DNA of 64,000 nt from Amoebidium appalachense. Taxonomy: Eukaryota > Protista > Ichthyosporea. The DNA is taken from contig CAVNZM010000003.1 of the NCBI GenBank assembly GCA_963693365.1, positions 13,672,914 to 13,736,913 on the forward strand, read 5' to 3'. Every line of letters begins with the position of its first letter. Positions within the stretch are counted from its first letter, which is position 1. The notes beneath the pieces are model-generated. The model was not told the DNA's origin. It saw nothing but the letters and a program-made list of their open reading frames with translations, and did not search any database. A program made the position numbers and the translations under genes. Positions 32,307-44,543 of the stretch are shown here, one piece after another.

Positions 32307-32914
32307 TTGTAGTAGAAAATATCTCTCCCAGACTCGGCAATAGCTTTCGCCATTCTCTCCGTCGCGTTTTGGAGACACCTGTCACGAATGCCGCAGTAAT
32401 CCAAACACACATCGTGCTTGATGAAATCAATCCCCCATTTTGCCCACGTTTTCACGTCGACGTCTTCGTAGTTTCTGGACCCCTCATACCCTCCACACGT
32501 CCTCTCACCAACGCCCGTGCATATTCCAATTTTCATTCCTTTGGAGTGGACGTAGTCCGCCACCGCCTTGATTCCATAAGGAAACTTATCCGGGTCCGCC
32601 TGAATTTCCTTTGTTTCTGGGTCACGCGCCCCGCTCGGATCATGGCACGCACCCGCCAGCCCCCAGGGATCAGACCCGTGTTTCTTGCATGCCGACCACC
32701 CATCATCAATGAGAATATACGTGTACCCTTTATCCTTGTATCCTTTTTCAACCATAAAATCCGCCGTTGAGCGAACGAGCTCGTCCGTGCATCCGAAACC
32801 AAACGTGTTCCATGAACTCCACCCCCTAACGGGAGGATACTTTGTGTCGGAACCAAAGGTGGTGCCGAGTGACGCGGCGGCGGACACCGCGGCCAAAATC
32901 GGTCTGTAGAGCAT
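32307..32914 (-). CDS. Glycoside hydrolase family 27 alpha-galactosidase, first exon (downstream exons unclear, possibly decayed)
   Basis: Signal peptide, PPVRGWSSWNTF, LIDDGW, FPYGIKAVADYVHSKGMKIG and WGIDFIKHDVC (nucleophile Asp); GTATGT donor at 32306. Confidence 0.85.
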
Positions 32915-34571
32915 GTTTTTAGTGTGTTTATGTGTGTGTACTTCAGAGGAAGAGCCCGCGGTGCGGTTGTGGTGTCCTAACGCTTTCAGAATGATTCGCA
33001 TAAAAACTAAGGTAAGAAGCTTTGACTTCGTTGGGCCAATCAGAACACCGTCAATTTTTATACTGAAACATTTGGTAGATTTTGGCTTTCGCCCAGGACG
33101 CTTTATTATTCAATTACTCTAACCAATTTATATTGCTTTCTTCACACAAACTGATTTTTCAACCATAAAACTAGTTTTTAGGTAAGTTAAAACACGGGTG
33201 GGAGGTACACGTGGGTAACAAGGGGATCATAGCCGGGGCTCGTACTTTGAACATTCCTAAGTGGTTTAGGGAGACGTTTGCGAAACCCGGGCAGTAGCCA
33301 TCATCATGATGAGACTCGCATTTATTATGTTGTTTATGTTGACTACAAAATGTGTCTGCTCATGCCTAAAGTCTGGAAAGAAATCCGCCAATAAATTACT
33401 GGCTAAGCGTAAATTTGTTTTGAAAAGGCCCTGCTCATATGACAGCACTAGCAGTAACAGGCTTATATTTGGCATACGGTGGCGTGCAATGACAATGACG
33501 ATAAATGGCGACTCTGACATTGTACGGGTGGTTCGAGTGGTCAGCCTCTGGCCTGGCGCTTTGATCTGAGCTACCGGCGGCCAGAGTTACATAGTCAGCC
33601 TGGTATTTTGTGTTCGTGTGTAACTTGATTGCCCGGAGAGTGGGACGGTGATGTGAGACCAATAAAATGTGTGTGGGGGAGGTGGAGCGGTGAAGGGACG
33701 GGAGGTTTGGAGGAGGGGAGGGGGGCGGGGGCGGGGGCAGGGGGAGGGGGGGGGGGGGGAAGAGGGGAAGAGATGGAGGGGGGGAAGGGGGGGGGGGGGT
33801 AAAGAGAGGATCGAATGGAACCTATTTTAAGCCAATCACTGAGTCGTAGGTGCCTATTTGGCTGAGCACATATATATCGATTGCTCACTGCCTCCAGTAC
33901 TGAGCAAAATTTCTCAGACATGTTTTGGGTAAGATTGTAAACATATTTCTCATGTGATTTGTGAAACAAAGTCACTCCTCCTTTGAACATGAAGTGATGG
34001 GGGAAAAAAAGAAGAAAAAAAAAAGTATATAACTTAACGGATTAAAAGCCAAATCTCGACTGATTGAACCAGCTGCAGCCTCCATAATGATTGTATATAC
34101 TTTCCCGCACCCACAAAAGACACCCACGTGGTACAAAAAAACCCCGCTAACTAGGCATAGCTAGGGGGAGGAGGAGGATCAATCAGGGGGCTGTGAGGGA
34201 TTCCAGGAGGCATGGGCTCTGGGCTGGTTGGGGAGTCCAAGGGGGGCTCGAGGGGTCTGGGGGGAATCTCGGGGCCGGGAGTTCCAGGGATACGGGAGGG
34301 GGGCTCTCTCACAGGCGGCAAAATTTCAGGACCAGGGGGGTTCCGGGAGGGGGGTCAATTTCTGGGGCGGGCTCGTCCGGGTTGGGTGGAAGATGAGGAA
34401 TTCCAGGGGGCAGGGGGTCTTCCAGGGGGGGACGGTGAGGGGTTGGGGGGTTGGGTGTGTAGGGAGGGGGCAGAAGGTCGGGCGCGGACGGGTCAGGGGT
34501 GCGCTTGGGAGGAGGGTTCAACGGAAATTCCGGCCCAGGTATGACAGTGGCTGTGGTAGTGGTGTGTGTGT

Positions 34572-34641
<70 letters not shown>

Positions 34642-35312
34642 GGGAGTTAGTGTGTATAAGCAATTACGAAATGATTTGTGAAGCGAAATACCGCACCTCA
34701 TCGATCCCTCCCCCCTCCCCCCCCCATTGTAACTGGCTAAGCCTCCGTCCTCCCCCCCCCCCCCCCCCCTCTCCTCCCCCCCCTTTCCCCCCTCTCCGGC
34801 TCCCCTGCACCAGAGGGGGGGGGGGGGGAAGGAGGGAGGGAGCGGGGACAAAACACACATGATACACACACACACACCCTCCCCGGCCCCTCATTCATCT
34901 TCCCCCACTCCTCCAACAATACACACACACACACACACATCACCACTCCGGCTTACATGTACAATCATTATTACCATGGTATAAATCCCTGAACAACACT
35001 TTCAGTACCTGGAGGCCCCCCCTCCCCCCATCCCCCCCCAAACAGAGTAATAATAATCATTAAAGATCCTCTCTCGGAGCCCCAAAAACCCGGGCCCCTC
35101 TTGCACCTAATAAATTTCATAGCCATTATACGCTTAGAATATTCGCGTGAATGTGAAACGAGGAAACCTCAAACTCTAACAGGGGAACAGAGGATACAGT
35201 CGGAAACGGGTTGTGCACGAGCGCAAAGGGGCCTAAGTTTAGGGGGGGAAAGGGGGGGGGGGGGGGGGGGGAGGAAGGGGGGGGGGGGGGGGAGAGGGGG
35301 TGTGGGTGGGGG

Positions 35313-35351
<39 letters not shown>

Positions 35352-36510
35352 GGGACGGAGGGATGAGAGTCCCAGGGGCAGGAGAGGTATGCGTGCCAGG
35401 AAGAAACGGGTTTTCGTTTCAAACTGCTTGTCACATTTCGAGTGCCCAAAGAAGAAGGATGGTGTGTGTAAGTGTGCGAGGGGGAGGGGGGAGGGGAGGG
35501 GGGAGGGGGGAGGGGGGGGGGGGAGGGGGGTTCATGCACCAGTGACCACCTTGGATAAACAAAAACAAGCACGAGAAAGAAGACACCAGGAGACTCGGGT
35601 GGCAGAGTAAATTCTAGGGTTAAGAAACTTGCGATGCGATGGTCTTCGTTTATGTGGGATTGAGGAGGGAGGAAGGAGGGGAAGCCTGAAAAGAGGGCGT
35701 GTGGGCGGGGGATGGTTTTCGTTTTGGGGGAAAAAAGGGTTGAGGAGGGAGGGGAAGCCTGAAAGGGGGGGGGGAGAGAGAGAGGAGGGAGGGAGGGAGG
35801 GGTACGGGATGTGTTTGCGAGGCCCTGAAGGGAGGAGGGGGGGGAGAGGAAGAGGGGGAGGAAGGGGGGGGGGGGGGGGGGGGGGGCAATAGGGGGAAGG
35901 GGGGAGGGGGGCGGGGCGGGGGGGGGCGCGGGGGGTACCTACTAAAAGTACGGGTGATGGAAGAGCGGAGTGCTGAGCTCAACGCAAGTGAGCTTTGGGT
36001 AGACCCACAAAACGGGAAAATTCCAGTTGCAGAGAGAAGTTTCATTTTCAGGGGTGTCCAACGAAATATGGCGGTTTTGTCGAGCAGAAGCAGGCAAATT
36101 CTGCGGTGTCACACACGTTAGTATTTATGTGCATTTACCATATTTTTGCGACGGTTTTTTATTAGACAAGATTGTCGCAGTTTTAACTGAGTAGGTGTTA
36201 AACCGGAAATCCTTCACTAACGGAAACTGACACACTATGAATTAAGGCAAGGCCGAGCCGCTTGCTAGAGAGTGAAAAAGGAAAGCCAGAAAACGACGGG
36301 AAAAAGTGGTCACTTTCGAAATTTGTCATCAAAAAAAGTTGAAACACCAGAATCGCCATTAGAACAGTGTCACAGCAAGAAGCATTTTGAATTTTGGTGG
36401 TGATCGTGTGTGTTTAGGGGAGAGGAGGGGGGGAAGGGGGAGGGGGGGGGGGGGGGGGGAGGGAGCTCGGAGGGGGGGGGGGGGGGGGTTGGGTGTGTGA
36501 GTTTTTGTGC

Positions 36511-36637
<127 letters not shown>

Positions 36638-38579
36638 GGGGTTTTTTTTTTGGGGGGGGGGGGGGGAGGGGGGGAGGGGGAAAGGGGGTTGTCAGGGAGG
36701 AGGGGAGTAAACAGAAAATTTGGACACAATACTTTGTTAAACATGCGGTCTTACAACTGTAGCTATTTTCAATAAAAATCGCAAGGTTCGAACGAGGGAA
36801 GTTCATGTGATGCTCATGATTCTCTGTTTGTTAAAAATTTGGGCTGGGTTGCTCCTCTCTCGGACCTGCTAAAAGAAATATCTACGTCTTTTTCCACTGA
36901 CCGGCGTAGTACCCTCCGGCCTATGTAGGCTTTTCCCTTCTCTTTTTTATTGAGGGAAAGGGGGATTGGAAGGGGAAGTCTGAGGTGGCAAGGACGATGG
37001 TGCATGCGGTGGTATCGGGTATGGGTGGGAGGAAGAATGGGAGGGGTGGGTGGATGAGTATGGGGCTAGGGGGGAGGGGGGGAGGAGGAGGGGACAGGGG
37101 GGAGTGGGGGGGAGGGGGGGAAGGGGGGGAGGGGGGAAGGGGGGAGGGGGAGAGAGGAGGGGGGGAGGGGGGAGGGGGGGGGGGGGGGGGTTGGAGAGTG
37201 GGGCGGAGTGTACCAAGTTAGAGAAAAAGGAGTCCTCGTGGCGTGGCTTCTTCGTTGACGTGCTAAAGGCGAGAAATTGCGAGGAAAATTGAGCGTAAGA
37301 GAGAAACCGAAACGAACCCGTTTCTGTCACCCCAGAACATGTATCAACCCTTAACTCAATATGTGCAACACCTTTTTGTATTCGTGGCCATTGACTGATC
37401 ATGAAATATGTCATGCACCCCGCGTACAAAAAAAACAACTAAAAGACGTAGAAATCAGGCACTTTACTTTTTTCTATTTCTTCGCGCATCACCTCGCAAT
37501 ATCCCCAAGGTGGGTTGTGAACTCGTTTGTCTGTGTGTTTGCGTGTGCCTGGCGTAAGCGTGTGGTTCTCATAATGACACGGCCAACTCAAAAAAAACGT
37601 TTCTCGAAAGGGGGCCCTACGTGGCACATTCAGGGCGCATGTTCTTCGTCTTTCTTGTGCTTTTTTGCCACGTTCATAAGTTCAGGCTTTTTTGTTGTGA
37701 AGCGCAAAAAGTGACGCATGTACATCCAAATTCAAACAAACACATGAAACACGAGCTCGAGAGCGGTGGGTGGCACTGGACGCGGTGGGCGGGCCGGCCG
37801 CAAGATTACGTAATCTGTAGTCACGTGACGTGAGCTTAAGAGCTATATTTAGCTTTAGTGAGCCACCGGTGATTGGTTGGATCTGTTCGGCATGGCAGGC
37901 TCATCTCATTCCCCAACGAAAACTGCCTAAACTAAGCACACGTCAATTGATAAAGGTGCACGTACTGTACAGCAGGGGATCGCTGGTGCACTTATATGTA
38001 TGTACAAATGTACAACAATATTTTGGAACAAAACACTCTGAAATCTGAATTTACTCAAAAATCGTTCGATTCACTTAGGGTATACGGTAGTTAATTACCG
38101 CTGCGGTCCGCGGCCGGTGCCCGTGGTGGGCTGGAATATATGCTTTTTTTCCCTTGTTTTTTTTTCTTTTGGGGGAAGCATGCGATTTATTGTGTGATTG
38201 GGTTCACCACTGCGTGAACCCGCACAATATTGCTGTAGCTGTCAAGCTGACGCGCGCTCATCATCAGCAGGCGAAGCATTGGCAAGCCGTGGTGGGAGTT
38301 CCCAAACAACGGGGAAGAAAAGGGTCGAAGGGTATAAAAGGAACGCAGTCACAAAAGCTTCCACCAGACGTGTCACAATTGACATTTATCTAGTAGGGTG
38401 TTGGACGTAGTAAAAGCTAAAAAAGCTAAACTTACACCGTTTTTGTTAAAAAGCACCGACGTTGCCGAAAAGACATAAAGTTTACCTTCAAAGCCTTCCA
38501 TACTTATCAATCTGCTTGACTTCTTGAAGTTTTCTTTCTCTGTGTGTCGTACACACATGCACACACACACAACGCCAAG

Positions 38580-38860
38580 ATGGTGTCCCTCGGTGTCCAA
38601 AACAGCGTCTACGGTGTCCTCTCCGCGCTTCTCTTCCTCGTGTGGATCGTGCAACTTGCCGGGATTTCCTCCCTCCAGCAGCAATGTAACTCGGGCAATT
38701 CTCAGTTCAACTCTCTGCTTGGCGGGGGGTTGGGTGCTGGGGGTGCCGGTACGTTGGGGGCGACCTTCTACACGACATGTGGCGAACTCCTGCGGTGGGA
38801 CTGGTGGATCACCTTCCTGCAGTTCATCACCGTCATGTGCGTAATCTTTTACAAACCCCC

Positions 38861-38891
<31 letters not shown>

Positions 38892-40010
38892 AAAAAAAAA
38901 AAAAGGGAGAAAAAAAAAAAAAAAAGAATATATAAGAAAAAGAAAAAAGAAAGAAAAGGCCTACTCTGGGGAAACGAATGAGTAGAATTAGGAAGAATAA
39001 ACTCCGGGAAACCCTTTAAAGGAAAGGAATTGGGAAAGAAAAGTCCATTGGAAAAGAAAGATGAGTAAGAGAGAGCATGAGAGAGAAAAAAAGGAATGAG
39101 GAAAGAAAAGTCCCTTGGAAAAGAAAGATGAGTAAGAGAGAGCATGAGAGAAAAAACACAAAGGACACCCGCTTTTTTCCGTCCCCCGTCCCCTCCCCTG
39201 GCAAATAAAAAAAAGAAGGAAAAATTGAGGAAGAGTAGGGGAGGGGGTAGGGGGAGGGAAGGGGAAAGGGGGGGAGGGGGGGGGGAGGGGGGAAGAGAGG
39301 GGGAAGGGGGGGGGGGGGGGGGGAGAGAGAGAGAGACGGAGAGAGGAAGAGTTCGGGAGGAATTTTGATTCCTTTAATATCTTAAAAGCTACCTCCCTAT
39401 CGAGGTGACTACTATTAGTATTGTCGTCGTATGGCATATACTAACTCAACCCTTACCCTCACTATATGGTGCAGGCTTGTTCTTGGTGCAGCCGGAGGCA
39501 AGAAGGCACATGCAGCCCGTTCAGCCCTGACCGGCATGCTTGCCCTGTCGACTGCCTGGACTATGTGGCAGGCCAACCAGTGGTACCAGGCCACAAAACT
39601 CACGTACGTGTCTATACCCCTCCCCCCCCCCCCCCTCTCCCCCCATCCCCCCTCCCAATCGCACTGTGAATCCCTCCAGCCCATTCCCCTTAATATTAAT
39701 CCCTTGCCCCTTCTTCAGGTACTGAGTCTTTTTATCTTCAGACTACTACTACTTCCCCCACCCCCCCCTACCCTAAACAATCTTCCGGAGGGTTGATGTA
39801 CCACCAGGTATCGATTTAAAATTCGGCTAATGCCGTTCTAGAGTCCTTTCCTCCCTCCCGTTTGTTTGTCCAAAGCCACCACCCCCTCCCTTATATATTA
39901 AACAAGTTGTCCTCCCCTCCCCTCCCCCCCCCCCCCCCCCCACACACATTCGCACATCCAACACCACGTACATCTCCCCCCCCTCCGCCTCCCCCCCCCC
40001 CCTTACCCCC

Positions 40011-40041
<31 letters not shown>

Positions 40042-40254
40042 AAACCCACAAAGAAAATAAAGGAAAGAAACCTTGAGAGAGAAACGTACACATGCACACA
40101 CCCACACCCTCTAACATGCACGCACCCACACAGGTCCGGGCTCGTCTTTACACGTGCACAGGTGGCGTCTGCCGGCTACATCATGACGTCAATCGTCGGC
40201 ATTCTGCTGCTGCTCACCCTGGGCCTGCACATGGACGATAAGGCTGCCGTCTGA
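38580..40254 (+). CDS. Four-TM membrane protein resembling the Sho1 transmembrane region, no SH3 (exons 38580-38836, 39475-39603, 40134-40254)
   Basis: Phase-consistent GT-AG introns; four hydrophobic helices; WW motif and AQVASAGYIMTSIVGILLLLTLG; AATAAA after the stop. The family call is tentative. Confidence 0.7.
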
Positions 40255-40734
40255 TTGGATCAATAAAATTTTATTTATTCTTTTGTTGTGTTGTGATTGG
40301 ATGCGGCTTGTGTGTATGACTGCAAAAGGCAGGAGCTTCAGTTGAATTATGTTTTGTTTTATTTTTTTTGTGCTGGCTGTGATGAGTTTGACGTGCGAAT
40401 ACTTGCTGTTCTGTTTTTTTAACGATATTACACTTTGTGTATGTACTTAAAAGGCGGCAGTATTGTCGGTTTTTAAAAGTTGGTCTTATTTTTAGGCTGC
40501 CGTGGTTTCAATGAGTCGGTGTGTGGCGAATATATGTGCACTTACTGGCGAAAGACAAAAAGAGAACGAGAAAAATAAAAAGAAGATATATGCCAGAGGT
40601 TTCTAATAATCCGGAACTTGCGGTGAAGCTTCATGGCATCAAAATGTACGCAGTTGCCGAGCAACCCCCCCCCCCCCCCCCCCAAAAAAAAAAAAAAAAA
40701 AAAAAAGAAAAACACACACACACACAAGGTGATG

Positions 40735-40766
<32 letters not shown>

Positions 40767-40789
40767 ACCCACACACACACACACCATCA

Positions 40790-40820
<31 letters not shown>

Positions 40821-41455
40821 AAAAAAAAAAAAAAAGAAAACAACAACAAACAAACATACAAAAGATAAAATAACCTCACAAGGCTTTATAGCCATATCAA
40901 ATGCGCTCAAACCGGCGAGGCAAACCAATTTGCCTTTTGAACTTAAGTTATGGGAAACTTGATTCAATAGTTGAATTCTGTACCCCGCGGCGGAGACGAC
41001 GGATTAGTATATCGTAAAATCTGTCCCCCCCCCCCCCCCCCCCCCCCCCCACCCTCCCCCCACCCACCCCCCCTCCCCCCCACCCCCCCCCCCCCCCCCC
41101 CCCCCCCCACCCACCCACCCACCCAACCCCCCCACCCACCCACCCACCCACGCACACACACACACACACACCATAAGCAAGCAACATTTATAATTTTGGC
41201 GCATTTTTTTTTTTTTTTAAGGGGCTGTGGGTTTGCCCTGCAAATTTTTAGCACTCACAGGAAGTATTGTGATTAAAAAAAAGTCCATTAATCATAGCCC
41301 TTCACTTGTTATTAGTAAAGCAGCTCTGAGATGATGACGAATTCGGTTTTGTTTCGTGGAAGCGGGTGCACACGATGTACCCCGGGAGGGGGGGGGAGGG
41401 GGGGATGGGGGGGGGGGGGGGGGTTTGCTGTGTTGCTAGTTTTTTTTTTTTTTTT

Positions 41456-41486
<31 letters not shown>

Positions 41487-42128
41487 GGGGGGAGGGGGGG
41501 ATGGGGGGGAGGGGGGAGGGGAATCCCGGTGGGGGAAGAATCTGCCGCGGCTGGGTAGGTTCGAGGACAAGTGTGTGAGGGGACCTAAAGCTGAGTTATT
41601 CTTAATGACCAAGGGTCTCCTCATGCGGTATGTCTCCCTTGGGAATTCCTACATGATACCTCCCCCTCCCCCCTCCCCCCCCCCCCCCTCCCCCCTCCCC
41701 CCCCTTCTCCTGGACCCAGGTTAGGGAGGGAGGGGGTGGGGGAGGGATCCGGGGGGGGGGGGGGAGGGGGGAGGGGGGAGGGGGAGCAAAGATAAAAAAA
41801 AGGTGGGGGAGGGGGTGGGGGTGGGGGGTGGGGGTGGGGGGGGGGGGGGGGGGGGGGGAGGGGGGGGGGGGGGAAGTTACGTAAGGGGAAAAAACAACAA
41901 CAACAAAAAAAGAAAAAAAGAAAAGGACGAACCGGGCCATTCGCCATCCCTTCCGCCCCAGGTTTGTGCCAACCCACTAGGGCACGTACCAGATTATCCG
42001 GTAAACTTCAGTTCCACATGTGTTTACTCCCTTAATTAACAGGTTGACAGAGTTTTCAAGAAAGGACAAAGATTATCTTTACTGCACGGGATATCGCCTT
42101 CTCGTGGCTCTCATGAATCTAAAAAAAC

Positions 42129-42290
42129 TTAAAGGGGGTTTCTTGAAAATTTTAGGAATTCGGGTCGGGTCAGACGCGAATAAGATATATGCAATACGAT
42201 TGGCTTGTTGAGCATCCTGTACAGCATTTGGCCCTGCCCAAGGACCAAAAAGCGGTGGCAATAAATCGGGCCAAAAGAAACCCCCTTTAA
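42129..42290. mobile_element. TTAA-flanked MITE (Kolobok/piggyBac-like)
   Basis: TTAA-AGGGGGTTTCTT...AAGAAACCCCCT-TTAA; a related copy lies at 61893-62271. Confidence 0.7.
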
Positions 42291-42712
42291 CAACCATATC
42301 AGCCCTCGCAGATCTTAGCAGGTGTTATATTTTACATTTAGATTTAATAAATGACTTTATAAGTGACGCAAAGATCCTCCAGATGCACAGCCCTCCTCAT
42401 TTTTACTCAAATCCAATCAGTTGAGATATGCTTCTCATCCCAGGCTACTAAAAATTCAGGGTGAGTCCCGGGTATGGTCGCAATTTACAAATTTTCGCTC
42501 CGATGAACATGTCCCCAGCCTGGCGGCAGCATTTCACAGATATGGGTAGTCGAGTGTCCCTTGGATATACCCCCCCCCCCCCCCCCCCCCCCCCCCTTCG
42601 GCCCGCCGCCCGCCGGCATTTCCCCGCCCTTGGTGGCCTAAGGGTCTAACCCCCTTAAATATGCTTTTATCTCCTTCTCATCTTTCACTCTACAAAAACA
42701 GGGGTTTGCCCT

Positions 42713-42744
<32 letters not shown>

Positions 42745-43527
42745 TTTCCTGCATCTACTTAGGAACCGTATTTTCTATCAAGTGCACGCTTATAGGATTT
42801 TGAGTGGCGTAAAGTTTATTGGGAATATAAACCAGAAACACCAATGAACATTTCAAATTCCATACTCAGTGTGCCCAAACTCTAAATTACAACTTAGTAG
42901 TACAATAAACAACTGAACAAACACACAAAAAACCATCATCACTATGTAATCAATCCTCTACCTGAGAGATCTCTTCTTGTTTTTTTACACTATCTTAGTA
43001 GTATACATCACTATATTAGTATGCAAAAGTATCTACCCGAGAGTCCAGCCTTCTTTCAATACTTTACATTGGAGCGAAGTTTTTAGATATTGTACTTTGC
43101 GACAGGGCTTCTGATTGGTTATTTTCCCCTTCAAATATGTTCAATGTTGTTGGTGTTTCGTTAGTTTCTGTGTACATTACTCCCCCCCCCCCCCCCCCCC
43201 CCCCCCAACAACAACAAAAAAAAAACTGTATCATGACATACCCCCCCACCCCCCCACACACACACAAAGAAAAGAACAGGAAAAGCGATGGGGGGGGGGG
43301 GGGGGGGGGGGTTCAAACAAGCAAAAACAAAAACCACCAACTACACCGTAACATTTCCCCTCTTCAATTTCTCTAGTCCTTCGAGTGCACAACAAAATCA
43401 TCCAGGAAAACACAAACCAAACAACAAAAACAACACACACACAGAAAAAAGGGGGGGAATCCAATCAAACCCAAGATTTCCGCCTACACAACCCCGAGGA
43501 GGGCAGGGGGGGGGGGGGGGCTCTACT

Positions 43528-43599
43528 TCCAACAGGGTTATGGGCCCAGCACGCTTCCACTGCGCAGTGGAAGCGTGCTGGGCCCATAACCCTGTTGGA
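43528..43599. repeat. Perfect 72-bp palindrome: LTR end + extended tRNA-iMet primer copy, head to head
   Basis: tccaacagggttatgggcccagcacgcttccactgc|gcagtggaagcgtgctgggcccataaccctgttgga. Confidence 0.95.
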
Positions 43600-44357
43600 C
43601 ATTGTGTTCATAGAAGCTAGTTCTAGTGCACGTTGTTCCTTCTGTAAGTCAGAAATGATTGCATCTTGTGAGGCCAACCTCTGCTCCAGTAGTTGGACTA
43701 GTTGCTGCAACTGTAAGTTGTCAGACATAGTGTCGTGTATGATGGGTAACTAGTCTATGTGTTTTGTGCACTGGAAACGACAGTAGAAAAGTGTAAATCA
43801 AACGTTCTGCTTCCCATGTTTGTGACATGGGAGGCACTGCTTTATATAGTCGTTGGCCACCTCATGGTGGCCTCGTGTGCACCCTGGTGGTGGGCCATGT
43901 ACAGCATGGCCGAAAAGAGAGCACAATGAAAACAAGTCGTTAAAGATATAAAAGTTAACTGTGCACGTTGAGTGGCTAGTTAACTTGCACTAAAGCACAC
44001 AAATAAACGTGTTTAACACACCAATTGCAGTTAAACGTAAATCTTGCTTCACACAACTAAAAATATTCTGAGAATATCCGGGAATAAAGCACACTACCAC
44101 TCTAAGAATAGAATCCTGTGGCAAATATAGACATGACATCATCTGAACCGGGAATATTAATTAATGAGCACAATTAGCACGTTGCTAGTGAAGCTCGTCA
44201 TTGGTACAGTTTTGGCTCAAACATATAACTACCATATATGAATATGACCGTAAACAAAAGCTCTATGCACTCGAGTGAGTGTTGAAACAGTTATTCAATT
44301 GCTCAGAAACTTTCTCTAACAGACATTGCTAGCCGGGAGTACCAGTGTACTCCAACA
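43593..44357 (-). repeat. Copia 3' LTR (765 bp, type 2)
   Basis: TGTTGGA...TCCAACA ends, preceded on the minus strand by PPT AATTGAGTAGGGG (44370-44358); TATA at ~43845. Confidence 0.8.
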
Positions 44358-44543
44358 CCCCTACTCAATTGGATAATTGTGGTATGAATTAATGCAACTG
44401 AGCTCGAGTGCTTCAGGTGCACAAAATACAGACAATAAAGATTCCCCTACTCAATTTTAGTATGGTACACGTAGTTGCACAGTCGGATGCAACTCTCTCC
44501 CCCCCCCTGAAGTATGAGGGCGCAGTTGGTTGATGACGGGTGC

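Noticed and set aside
34190-34540. G-rich quasi-repetitive tract as a transposon end or G-quadruplex element
   Set aside because: No TIR, TSD or second copy was found, and G-runs are ubiquitous in this window.
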